NCBI GenBank assembly: GCA_963720075.1
Contig: CAVREG010000016.1
Coordinates: forward strand, 539,471-603,470
DNA from: an uncultured Acidobacteriaceae bacterium
Lineage (GTDB): Bacteria; Acidobacteriota; Terriglobia; Terriglobales; Acidobacteriaceae
Length of the DNA: 64,000 nucleotides
Direction of reading: 5' to 3'
Below are positions 50,541 to 59,184 of the stretch, piece by piece (the first letter of the stretch is position 1; each line of letters begins with the position of its first letter). The notes beneath the pieces were generated by a model. The model did not search any database and was not told where the DNA came from. It saw only the letters and a program-made list of their open reading frames with translations. The translations under genes and the position numbers were made by a program.

Positions 50541-50998
50541 TCCACATCTGCACGATCTGTGGGCGCGAGAAAACACGGCCGGGCTGGTTCCTGATCGCAG
50601 AGAACCGATGGGAAGACAGGCTAAGAATCCTTCAATGGGACGACCATGTGGCATGGGCGAACGGAGTCCACGAGGCGTGCAGCGTCGCACATGCGCTCGA
50701 ACTGGTGGTTCACTGGATGAGAACGAATAGTTTGGACTATCCTTTCGAACGAACGCCGCCCCTTTCAGGAATTAAGCAGACGATGAGGAAATATGATCCG
50801 GATGTCAGCGGGGCGCGGCAATTGGGAGAACTCTATGTGCACCGCGAGAGCATTGGCAGAATTCTGGATGAGAATCCGAACTTGCTCACGATAATTCTTG
50901 AGGAATTGCTTCTTGCGCTGCAACCGGGTCTCGAAAAGGAAAAGACCCCGAAGGCGGAAATGGAGAACGAAAGCGAATACGCCGGATCGCCCAGTTGA
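50525..50998 (+). CDS. Small Cys/His-containing hypothetical protein overlapping paralog A
   Basis: MRNFMIHICTICGREKTRPGWFLIAENRWEDRLRILQWDD...HEACSVAHALELVVHWM, followed by an acidic C-terminal tail. It overlaps the upstream ORF by 16 nt. Confidence 0.5.
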   Translation: MRNFMIHICTICGREKTRPGWFLIAENRWEDRLRILQWDDHVAWANGVHEACSVAHALELVVHWMRTNSLDYPFERTPPLSGIKQTMRKYDPDVSGARQLGELYVHRESIGRILDENPNLLTIILEELLLALQPGLEKEKTPKAEMENESEYAGSPS

Positions 50999-51131
50999 TT
51001 CCGTATCGTCGCCCGATGAACGACAATCAGGTATTCGCATTGAACGTTCTATAGCACCCGGTTTCAGCTTTCGCGAACGGAAGCTCAAACTCCCTCATCA
51101 AGACAGATGAATTATTTCCAACTGACCTAAA

Positions 51132-52322
51132 TCAGGCCGCTTTCACTTCATCCCATGGATCGAGCACTACCTTTATGCAGTGCTGTTGCTTGTCCCGAAA
51201 CGTCTTGTAGGCCTGCGGCGCTTCCTGAAGACTCATGCGATGAGTAATTACGAACGATGGGTCAATATCTCCATTCTGAATGCGGCTGAGCAATGGCTGT
51301 AAATAGCGGTGCACGTGAGTCTGGCCCATTTTCAGCGTTAGGCCTTTGCCGAAGCTGGCGCCAAACGGAATCTTATCCAGAAACCCGCCATATACTCCGG
51401 GAATCGAGACCACGCCACCTTTGCGGCACGCTTGAATAGCTTGTCGTAGCACATTTGGCCGGTCAAACGAGACTTTCATTGCCTGCTTGGTGCTGTCATA
51501 GGCGGCAGCTAATCCGTGGCCATGCGCTTCCATCCCCACCGCGTCTATGCACGCATCCGGGCCGCGGCCTCCTGTCATCCATTTGAGTTCTTCCACGACG
51601 TCATCGGTCTCGCTGTAATTCAGCACGTCCGCGCCCGCTTCGCGCGCCATGGTCAGGCGCTCCGCAAAGCGATCAATTGCGATTACCTTTTCAGCCCCCA
51701 GAAGAAATGCGCTGCGTATGGCGAATTGACCGACCGGGCCACATCCCCAAATAGCGATCACATCACCCGGTGCAATGTCGCAATTTTCAGCAGCCATGTA
51801 ACCGGTAGGAAAAATGTCGGAGAGGAATAGAACCTGCTCGTCCTTCAAGTCGCTGGAAATTTTGATTGGCCCTACGTCGGCAAACGGTACCCGCGCATAT
51901 TGCGCCTGGCCGCCGGCATATCCGCCTAGCATGTGCGAATATCCGAATAGGCCGGAACCGGAGAATCCATACATCTTCTCGGCGATCCAAGCGTTGGGGT
52001 TCGAATTGTCACACAGAGACCAAAGATCCTGTTTGCAGTAATAGCAATTTCCGCACGCGATAGTGAATGGAACCACTACGCGATCGCCGGTCTTCAAATT
52101 CTTTACTTCAGAACCGATCTCGACCACCTCGCCCATGAACTCGTGACCAAGAATATCTCCCGGCTCCATGGTGGGAATGTATCCGTCGTACAAATGGAGG
52201 TCAGAACCACAAATGGCGGTGCGGCTTATTCTTACGATTGCGTCGCGGGGGTTCAGGATTTTCGGATCGTCAACTGTCTCGACTCGAACATCAGTCTTGC
52301 CTTGCCAGCAGAGTGCTTTCAC
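51132..52322 (-). CDS. Zn-dependent alcohol/formaldehyde dehydrogenase (MDR superfamily)
   Basis: [10 protein letters not shown]...[12 protein letters not shown] (catalytic Zn), structural Zn Cys cluster [15 protein letters not shown], and Rossmann motif IWGCGPVG. Confidence 0.88.
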   Translation of the reverse strand: MKALCWQGKTDVRVETVDDPKILNPRDAIVRISRTAICGSDLHLYDGYIPTMEPGDILGHEFMGEVVEIGSEVKNLKTGDRVVVPFTIACGNCYYCKQDLWSLCDNSNPNAWIAEKMYGFSGSGLFGYSHMLGGYAGGQAQYARVPFADVGPIKISSDLKDEQVLFLSDIFPTGYMAAENCDIAPGDVIAIWGCGPVGQFAIRSAFLLGAEKVIAIDRFAERLTMAREAGADVLNYSETDDVVEELKWMTGGRGPDACIDAVGMEAHGHGLAAAYDSTKQAMKVSFDRPNVLRQAIQACRKGGVVSIPGVYGGFLDKIPFGASFGKGLTLKMGQTHVHRYLQPLLSRIQNGDIDPSFVITHRMSLQEAPQAYKTFRDKQQHCIKVVLDPWDEVKAA

Positions 52323-52349
52323 AAAGCCTCCATTAATTTCTTGTGCGAC

Positions 52350-53108
52350 CTAATCTCCAGCCATGCGGATCTGGGTGGAATCTTCCGCGGATCCCTCTCG
52401 ATACAGCACGCGCAATGCCGCACCCTTGAAGCCCCTCGCACCGACGGATTGACCGCTAGTTGTTGGAATCTCACCCGCTTCCAGAAGTTCTTTGAGATGT
52501 CGCAAGCTTTCCCGGACCAATTGCTCTGGATCCCAGCCCACAAATTGTGCAACAGCTCTTGCGACAGGGCCTGCGGATGCTTTGAATTCAAATGCCACCG
52601 AGATTTCCGTACCACGCTCACCGGGAGCGGGCTTGAAATGGATCACCCCACGATGCTGGAGCGGACCAGACCCCGAATTCCACGCAATAAATTTGCCGGT
52701 CTCTTCGTCCGTGATCTCGACTTCGGACACCACTTTGAATCCGGCCGGCTCTCCGAATGTCAATTTCAGCGAGTCGTTGGCAGCTGTTTCCATGGCGAGT
52801 CCGTGCAGGAATTGCGGCCATTTCTGGGAATCGCGCACAAATGCATATACGTCCTCGGGAAGTATGCCAATTGTGTAGCTGACTCTGACTTTGCCGCTAT
52901 AGGGTTTCGCCGCGTCGCTAATGCCGTAACAGGCGATACAAGCACCCCCGATGGCGAAAGCTGCGCCTCCCCAAGTGCGCCGACTGATTCCGTAGGCTGT
53001 CAACGCTGTGCCGCCCAAGATGGTCGCGGCCGCACCAATTTTGGCGGGATTTGGACGCGGTGAAGCCTCCGTACTTGGATAGTCCTTTCGGCGTGTGCTG
53101 ATTGTCAT
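52350..53108 (-). CDS. SRPBCC (cyclase/dehydrase, START-like) protein with N-terminal TM hairpin
   Basis: Two Gly/Ala-rich TM segments followed by a ~150-aa polyketide_cyc2-like domain (VRVSYTIGILPEDVYAFVRDSQKWPQF...). Confidence 0.6.
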   Translation of the reverse strand: MTISTRRKDYPSTEASPRPNPAKIGAAATILGGTALTAYGISRRTWGGAAFAIGGACIACYGISDAAKPYSGKVRVSYTIGILPEDVYAFVRDSQKWPQFLHGLAMETAANDSLKLTFGEPAGFKVVSEVEITDEETGKFIAWNSGSGPLQHRGVIHFKPAPGERGTEISVAFEFKASAGPVARAVAQFVGWDPEQLVRESLRHLKELLEAGEIPTTSGQSVGARGFKGAALRVLYREGSAEDSTQIRMAGD

Positions 53109-53151
53109 TTAATACTCACTTCCGGACCGTGAAGATCCAAGTCGCCATAAG

Positions 53152-54222
53152 TCAAACAGCGAATTCGTTATTCTTGCGCGCTGCAAATTCATCTAAAGTC
53201 GTGAGCCACGAGGGCGAGAACCACGATTTGCTTTCTTTCCCAAGCCTGCCGCTTTTCCCGATGCCCCCAACGGCCGGAAGTGCCCGACTCGCCGTGCTCA
53301 ACAGAGAAGATGAGGTGCGCGGAAACAATTGATGAAGCGTAATTGCTATTTTCGCAGGAATAGAAATGATCAGACTGGAATCGCCGCGCTTGCATGCGTT
53401 GAGAATTTGTCTCGCGGCTCGATCGGCACTGGTTGAGATCCCTGGCATCGAATCGCTGACGCTGAACCACGCGTATTCGGCGCGATGCTTCCCTTTAAAC
53501 GTTGCATTGCGTGGACTGCCGGTTCTCATCAAACCTGGATAAACCGATGTCACGTAAATGTTGTCCTTCGCGACTTCGTTTCTGAGTCCTTCGGAGAATC
53601 CAGCCAGAGCGAATTTCCCGGCGCTGTAAGGAAGCAGATGAGGCACGCTGATTTTCCCTCCGATGGAGGAAACATTTACGATCCTACCTTGCTTCCGTTG
53701 CCGCATCTCTGGCAGAACAGCGAGAGTCGTATAAAGAGGCCCCCAAAAGTGCAGATCCATGGAGGCACGATAGTCGTCGAGCGTCATGCACTCCATGGGG
53801 CCCACGGTAATGAGGCCGGCGTTATTCACAAGAACCTCAATCGGACCGAATTTCTTGCGTACAACTTCGAAGGCGCCATCCACCTGATCTTTGTCGGTCA
53901 AATCACAGGAAATGACGATCACATCCTCGTCCCCGGCTCGACTGAGAATTAGCTGGGCGCGGTTCAAGGCTTCTCGATCCCGCGCCAGTATTGCGACCCG
54001 GGCACCTTCGTCTACGAAGCGCCGGGCGATAGCCAGCCCCAAGCCCCGCGATCCGCCAGTTACAACGACTGTCCTGCCCGAGAATTTATATCCACCTGAC
54101 CGCACCTTTTTCCATAATCGATTGGCAGCAAACAAGGCGAGGCCTGACCCGACGAGGGCGGTTCCGGCGGCGGCCGCAGCCAGGATCCCAACAGTTTTGG
54201 CGTTAGATTGCATATCTCTCAC
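53152..54222 (-). CDS. Membrane-anchored short-chain dehydrogenase/reductase
   Basis: N-terminal TM, TGGSRGLG (TGxxxGxG), NNAG, and YSAGK (YxxxK). Confidence 0.85.
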   Translation of the reverse strand: MRDMQSNAKTVGILAAAAAGTALVGSGLALFAANRLWKKVRSGGYKFSGRTVVVTGGSRGLGLAIARRFVDEGARVAILARDREALNRAQLILSRAGDEDVIVISCDLTDKDQVDGAFEVVRKKFGPIEVLVNNAGLITVGPMECMTLDDYRASMDLHFWGPLYTTLAVLPEMRQRKQGRIVNVSSIGGKISVPHLLPYSAGKFALAGFSEGLRNEVAKDNIYVTSVYPGLMRTGSPRNATFKGKHRAEYAWFSVSDSMPGISTSADRAARQILNACKRGDSSLIISIPAKIAITLHQLFPRTSSSLLSTASRALPAVGGIGKSGRLGKESKSWFSPSWLTTLDEFAARKNNEFAV

Positions 54223-54551
54223 GAATCGGCGTAACTTTTGCTTTCACGTCGTTTGAGTAGACCCCTACGTGGGAGTCCTCTGTCTGACTACGCCTTTACC
54301 GGCCGCACTAAATCCTGAGTCTCATCGTCAGGCTCCGGATCGTCAGGACCCGGCTCATGCTTTGGAAGCGGCCGCGCATCGGTTTCAGCATCTCGGTTTC
54401 GCTCACCAGCCATATCAAGGGACCCACCCCAAATCAATGACATTGGTTTTTGCCTCTTGTGGCAATCTATTCCGCAAGTGCGTGAGCGTATATCCCGCAC
54501 ACCATGTACGTTGTCTTTGGAGGATGCTGTATCAGAAACTGAAGTGGCATC

Positions 54552-55205
54552 TCAAGCCGGAACGGCCGATTTTTTGAGCCGACGGGAAAGTTTTTTGAAA
54601 TCTTGGACCAGAGCTTCCATTTGTGATCGGCGAGCCTCCTTATCGGGTGCCCGGAGAACGGAGGAAGGGTGAACGGTGGCCATCACGAGCGGGGCCAGAG
54701 GCGATCTCACAAAATCGCCGCGTTGTCGGGTGACGCTGAAGTCCTTTCCAAGGAGAGCCTGTGCCGCGGTGGCTCCAAGGCATACCAGCACTTCTGGTTT
54801 CAAAGCGGCAATCTCACTATCAAGCCACGGGCGGCATGCGTTGATCTCCGAATAGGTCGGCTTTTTATGGATGCGCCGTTTACCGCGAGCGTCCGGGACC
54901 CACTTAAAATGCTTCACAACATTCGTGACATAAATCTGAGAGCGTTCGATGCCCGCCTCCGCAAGAGCCTTGTCCAACAATTTCCCGGCTGGGCCAACAA
55001 ATGGGCGTCCATCTATATCCTCGTGATCTCCCGGTTGCTCACCAACTAATATGATCCTGGCTTGCGAACTACCTTCGCCGAATACGGTCTGAGTCCCTTT
55101 CTTCCATAAATCGCAAGCTCTACAATTGGCCGCCGCCTCGCGCAGACTAGGGATCGAAGTATTCAGAGAAATCGGTGTTCCCGGCCATGAAAGTGCCTTC
55201 TGCAA
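54552..55205 (-). CDS. udgX: Family-4-type uracil-DNA glycosylase of the UdgX subtype (KRRIH motif)
   Basis: CRACDLW (Fe-S CxxC), GEQPGDHED (motif A), PFVGPAG, VTNVVKHFKWVPDARGKRRIHKKP (KRRIH encoded at 54867-54881), and ATVHPSS (motif B). Confidence 0.8.
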   Translation of the reverse strand: MQKALSWPGTPISLNTSIPSLREAAANCRACDLWKKGTQTVFGEGSSQARIILVGEQPGDHEDIDGRPFVGPAGKLLDKALAEAGIERSQIYVTNVVKHFKWVPDARGKRRIHKKPTYSEINACRPWLDSEIAALKPEVLVCLGATAAQALLGKDFSVTRQRGDFVRSPLAPLVMATVHPSSVLRAPDKEARRSQMEALVQDFKKLSRRLKKSAVPA

Positions 55206-55402
55206 ATTGTCACCGCCAGACGGTTGCTATGAGCGCTGAATGAGATGGGCTGGCTGTCCGGAACTTTGCCTGTTTCCTCAAACAGTCTTACTATTTCGCT
55301 TTCGACTACAGTAGTTACTGTATTGGAATATTCAGTATTTCTCTGTAATTTGACTTTTCGAAGCACAGGTCCGTCGGCAAATTGGACCGCTTCGTATTTT
55401 TT

Positions 55403-55690
55403 ATGATCGCGCATTGCGCAAATGAAAATTGCCGGGTGCTTTTGCACTCCTTATCTGAGGGGCGCCTATTTCAATTCGATATAGTTTCGATATCTATGTC
55501 GGCGGGCGACGGCTCAGTCGTCTCGGAACATGATGAACGAAAGCAATCCGCAGAGTTTTGGCTTTGCGGGAAATGTGCAGGCTCAATGACGCTAATCATG
55601 GAACCAACACAAGGATTAAAACTGATACCGCTGGGCATGGTTGAATCGAGCGGACGGACAGATGCGGAAACATTGACTAACAACTGTTGA
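55403..55690 (+). CDS. Small CxxC...FWLCxxC protein, paralog C (uncharacterised)
   Basis: MIAHCANENCRVLLHSLSEGRLFQF...AEFWLCGKCAGSMTLIMEPTQGLKLIPL is collinear with the ORF at 50232. Confidence 0.5.
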   Translation: MIAHCANENCRVLLHSLSEGRLFQFDIVSISMSAGDGSVVSEHDERKQSAEFWLCGKCAGSMTLIMEPTQGLKLIPLGMVESSGRTDAETLTNNC

Positions 55691-55808
55691 CTGACAATTT
55701 TCGAGTGCCAAATAATCCGGACTCAAAATGGGAAATAGACTAGAATATTTACCTTGTCTATAGATTACGCTGGCGGAATGAGAGCTTGGGTTCGTGGGGA
55801 GGTAGATT

Positions 55809-56483
55809 GTGGCAATCTTTAGAATTTTGATAGCGGACGATCATGAAGTCGTGCGAAAAGGGCTGGTTGCACTCTTGCAGGCCCAAACTGATTGGCAAGT
55901 TTGTGGCGAAACGGCTGATGGTCGCGAAGCCGTGGATAAGGCACAGCAGCTTAAGCCCGACGTTATCATCCTGGATATAGGGATGCCAATCCTCAATGGA
56001 TTGGAAGCTACGCGGCAAATCCTTAAGACAAACCCCCATGCCCGAGTGTTGATCCTCACTCTCCATGATTCAGATCAGGTCGTGCGGGATGTTTTGAACG
56101 CAGGCGCTCGCGGGTTCCTTCTTAAATCGGATGCAGCTCGGGACTTGGTTGCGGCCGTCGAGGCCTTACGTCGCGATAAGACTTACTTTACTTCCAAAGT
56201 GGCAGCTATGGTTTTGGAGGGATACCTCAAGGGAGGAACGCAGGCGGCACCGGCTGCTATCGGGAAAAACCGCCTGACGCCCCGCGAACGAGAGATCGTG
56301 CAACTGCTGGCCGAAGGTAAGAGTACAAAGGAAGTTGCAGTATCCCTTGGTCTGAGCGTGAAAACAGCGGAAACCCACCGTTCAAATATTATGCGGAAGT
56401 TGCAGCTTCACTCGGTAAGCGACCTGGTGCTTTACGCGGTGCGCAATAACATTGTCCATGTCGTGCAGGCGGGCTTGGAGTAA
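55809..56483 (+). CDS. NarL/LuxR-family response regulator (REC + HTH)
   Basis: ILIADDHEVVRKGL, DVIILDIGMP (phospho-acceptor Asp), and LTPREREIVQLLAEGKSTKEVAVSLGLSVKTAETHRSNIMRKL. GTG start. Confidence 0.88.
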   Translation: MAIFRILIADDHEVVRKGLVALLQAQTDWQVCGETADGREAVDKAQQLKPDVIILDIGMPILNGLEATRQILKTNPHARVLILTLHDSDQVVRDVLNAGARGFLLKSDAARDLVAAVEALRRDKTYFTSKVAAMVLEGYLKGGTQAAPAAIGKNRLTPREREIVQLLAEGKSTKEVAVSLGLSVKTAETHRSNIMRKLQLHSVSDLVLYAVRNNIVHVVQAGLE

Positions 56484-56882
56484 GGAGTAATCGCCCCGTT
56501 TCGGGCCGTTTGGGTGTTTCGGCGATCTTTTTGTCGCCTCTTGCTCAATGATGAGGGGTCGGAAGTCCTCAGTTCTTTCATCCCACAGCTAAGACAACTT
56601 CTGTTGTGCGGTTCTGCCATTGTTTCCAGTTACCTTCCAGATTCCTCTTTCGTTATCGCATCCATAAGAAAATCCTCAAGAACGCCGATTAATGCGGTAT
56701 TTGGCCCTTCGCTGATGGTTTCCGGATTGCGCCAATAGTACGTGACGCTTTTCGGTACAGCAACATATCGAAACCCCTACAGACTGCACTGGATGGACCA
56801 TCTGGCGCATAGACCCTACTCTGCATATGCGGGCGGAATCTTCCAATCCACCGACGCGATAGAGGTTCGAAAGGAGAACCAA

Positions 56883-57623
56883 GTGAACTGCGAGCAGAAT
56901 ATTAGTACTCGTTCACAAACTGATCTTGATTTGGTGAAACGCGCCCAACAAGGTGATCCCGACGCTTTCGCGTCCTTATTTTACGCCCACAAAGCTCGTA
57001 TTTATTCCGTGTGTCTGAGGATGACAAATAACACGGCAGAAGCCGAAGACCTAACACAGGACGCATTTCTTCAGGTTTTTCGCAAGCTCGAAACCTTTCG
57101 CGGAGATTCGGCTCTTTCAACATGGCTTTACCGGATCGCTGTAAACACGGTCTTGATGCACTTTAGAAAGAAAGCCCTGAAGCAGGTTTCTTTGGACGAG
57201 CCTTACAGCCAGGATGCGAAACAGGTGAGGCGAGAATACGGGAGCAAAGACGGCCGTTTATCTGGGTCCGTGGATCGCATTGCGTTAACCCGGGCGATCA
57301 AAGAATTGCCAGACGGCTACCGGACGATCTTCTTGCTGCATGAAGTCGAAGGCTACGAGCATCAGGAAATTGCACAGCTGTTGGACTGCTCAGTGGGCAA
57401 TTCGAAATCGCAACTGCACAAAGCCAAGCTGCGTATTCGGGAGTTGTTGGGCCACGCCAGCGCACCAAAGGAAAACCATTCTCAATTGCAAGGAGCCGCG
57501 AGCAAGAATATTGAGACAAAGAGTGAGTTCGATAATTGGACCGAAGAGATCGCACCCGATATTTCGGTGCAACCGGCAGCCATGATACCGGCCATGTCTC
57601 ACTTAGTCGCAACAAATGCATAA
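56883..57623 (+). CDS. ECF-type (group 4) RNA polymerase sigma factor with ~55-aa C-terminal extension
   Basis: Region 2 EAEDLTQDAFLQVFRKLETFRGDSALSTWLYRIAVNTVL. Region 4 LPDGYRTIFLLHEVEGYEHQEIAQLLDCSVGNSKSQLHKAKLRIRELL. The GTG at 56883 follows aaggag. Confidence 0.8.
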   Translation: MNCEQNISTRSQTDLDLVKRAQQGDPDAFASLFYAHKARIYSVCLRMTNNTAEAEDLTQDAFLQVFRKLETFRGDSALSTWLYRIAVNTVLMHFRKKALKQVSLDEPYSQDAKQVRREYGSKDGRLSGSVDRIALTRAIKELPDGYRTIFLLHEVEGYEHQEIAQLLDCSVGNSKSQLHKAKLRIRELLGHASAPKENHSQLQGAASKNIETKSEFDNWTEEIAPDISVQPAAMIPAMSHLVATNA

Positions 57624-57641
57624 AGTTCGTGTTGTAGCAAC

Positions 57642-58703
57642 GTGTGGCTTAGAAATCGAAATTCATTAGGGGGCAGATTGAAAGTAGGGGCAATAGTGAC
57701 GGTGCCGGGAGTCGGCCGGTTTGAAGACCCTAATTCAGTCAACGGCTCTGGTCCCCAATACACGTTTCAGGCCTTCGGTGGCTATCCTTTGGCGTGCTAT
57801 GAAATTCTTGGCGAGACCATTTTGCAACGCACACTAAACGCGTTGCATGACTGTGAAGTCCATCAGCAGACCGTTCTAATGGAGGAATCTGGATCCGAAA
57901 GTCTTTTCCCCTCACGGGTGCGGTCAGTAGGCAAGTTTTTCTCCGAGTGGGAAGCGGCAGTGGAACAACAACTGGACGGGGGTGCTGAGACTCTGATCTT
58001 AATTCGGCTCGGGGCGTACTTGGACCTCGATTTTATCCAACTGCTCGAATTTCATCGCAAGACCGCTGAAGTGCTTACCCAGGTGTACGACCATAAGAGC
58101 GCATTTGATGTGGCAGTGGTGAATGCAAACCAACTCACAGGCGACAGTGGCTCATACCGTGGGCGGCTGAGTGCCTTGATTCCCTATCACAAGCGTTACC
58201 AGTTTGCAGGTTACGCAAATAGGCTTAGAGAGCCTCAAGATCTCCGCAGGCTCGCCCATGACGCGCTCTTGCGGCGGAATTCAATTCGTCCTGTCGGCGA
58301 AGAGGTGGCTCCGGAGGTTTGGATGGGAGATGGGGCTTCGCTAGACTCTAGCGCTCGCATTTCTGCTCCGGTCTACATAGGCGCCCGCACCCGCGTGAAG
58401 GGCTCTTGCGTCATCAATGGAGCCACTAATATCGAGCGCGATTGCGAAGTGGATTACGGCACAACGGTGACAAATTCGTGCGTTCTACCGGAGACGTACC
58501 TCGGTATCGGGCTGAATTTCGTCCACTCGATTGTGACCGCAAACAAGTTGTTTCACTTGGACCGAAATGTCGAAGTTGAGATCTCGGATCGCAATTTGGT
58601 TGGAAAACGCCGGTCAGTCCGCACATTGACGAAATCTATCGGAGAGAAAGGTTTTTTTAACCGGGGTCAGCATCAACTTAACGAGGTGGATTCGCATCTG
58701 TAG
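57642..58703 (+). CDS. Nucleotidyltransferase-like / left-handed beta-helix protein with degenerate N-terminal motif
   Basis: Architecture resembles GlgC/GMPP-type enzymes: YANRLREPQDLRRLAHDALL followed by hexapeptide repeats VYIGARTRVKGSCVINGATNIERDCEVDYGTTVTNSCVLPETYLGIGLNFVHSIV. I cannot find a canonical GxGxRL loop; the N-terminus reads VPGVGRFEDP. Start codon uncertain. Confidence 0.55.
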   Translation: MWLRNRNSLGGRLKVGAIVTVPGVGRFEDPNSVNGSGPQYTFQAFGGYPLACYEILGETILQRTLNALHDCEVHQQTVLMEESGSESLFPSRVRSVGKFFSEWEAAVEQQLDGGAETLILIRLGAYLDLDFIQLLEFHRKTAEVLTQVYDHKSAFDVAVVNANQLTGDSGSYRGRLSALIPYHKRYQFAGYANRLREPQDLRRLAHDALLRRNSIRPVGEEVAPEVWMGDGASLDSSARISAPVYIGARTRVKGSCVINGATNIERDCEVDYGTTVTNSCVLPETYLGIGLNFVHSIVTANKLFHLDRNVEVEISDRNLVGKRRSVRTLTKSIGEKGFFNRGQHQLNEVDSHL

Positions 58704-58737
58704 TAGAGGAAGATTTGTTGGTTCGGGACTGCGGCTT

Positions 58738-59154
58738 ATGAAAGTTACCATGGAAAACCCTTCAGCACTGTTAATAAGATTGCCGGAACGTTTCAACCGC
58801 GAGGAAGCGCGATTACTCAGTGGTGAACTCAATCGTAGCCTGGCATCAGATCAGCCTTGCCTGATCGTTGATTTTTCAAATGTGAAGCAGATTGACACTG
58901 CGGGATTGGATATGCTGCTGGACCTCATGGTAAAAGTCGCTAGACAGGACGGTGCAGTTCAAATTGGGAATATTTCCCCGGAGGCCGCCACGATATTGGA
59001 ACTGACAGGCCTGGATCGGATTCTGAACATGTTCCCGCGCATTCCCGACGACACGGCAACCATTCAATTGGTGCCCGAACGAGCGCGAGCACAAAAAGAC
59101 GAATTGGAAGAGGAGCAAGCTCAAACCGAACAGCCGCAACCATTGGCTGCGTAG
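58738..59154 (+). CDS. STAS-domain protein (anti-sigma-factor antagonist-like)
   Basis: LIVDFSNVKQIDTAGLDMLLDL aligns with the SpoIIAA/RsbV phospho-site region (DSSG replaced by DTAG). An acidic Gln/Glu tail follows. Confidence 0.75.
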   Translation: MKVTMENPSALLIRLPERFNREEARLLSGELNRSLASDQPCLIVDFSNVKQIDTAGLDMLLDLMVKVARQDGAVQIGNISPEAATILELTGLDRILNMFPRIPDDTATIQLVPERARAQKDELEEEQAQTEQPQPLAA

Positions 59155-59184
59155 AAAATTTCCTGTCCCAAAGGAGTTCGCTCG

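Noticed and set aside
52143-53063. 306-aa ORF on the plus strand
   Set aside because: It is antisense to the alcohol dehydrogenase start and the SRPBCC gene, both of which have clear family motifs. It is a shadow ORF.
54223-54551. ORFs of 70 aa (-) and 102 aa (+) in the SDR/udgX intergenic region
   Set aside because: They overlap each other on opposite strands, have low-complexity acidic or Pro-rich composition, and lack an SD. The region more likely holds the promoter of the SDR-SRPBCC-ADH operon.
55163-55447. 94-aa minus-strand ORF upstream of the UdgX-like gene
   Set aside because: It overlaps the udgX start by 43 nt. Its 5' end also collides with the CxxC paralog, which has independent support from a second copy. 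It has no motifs. It might still be a real small upstream ORF, but I cannot support it.
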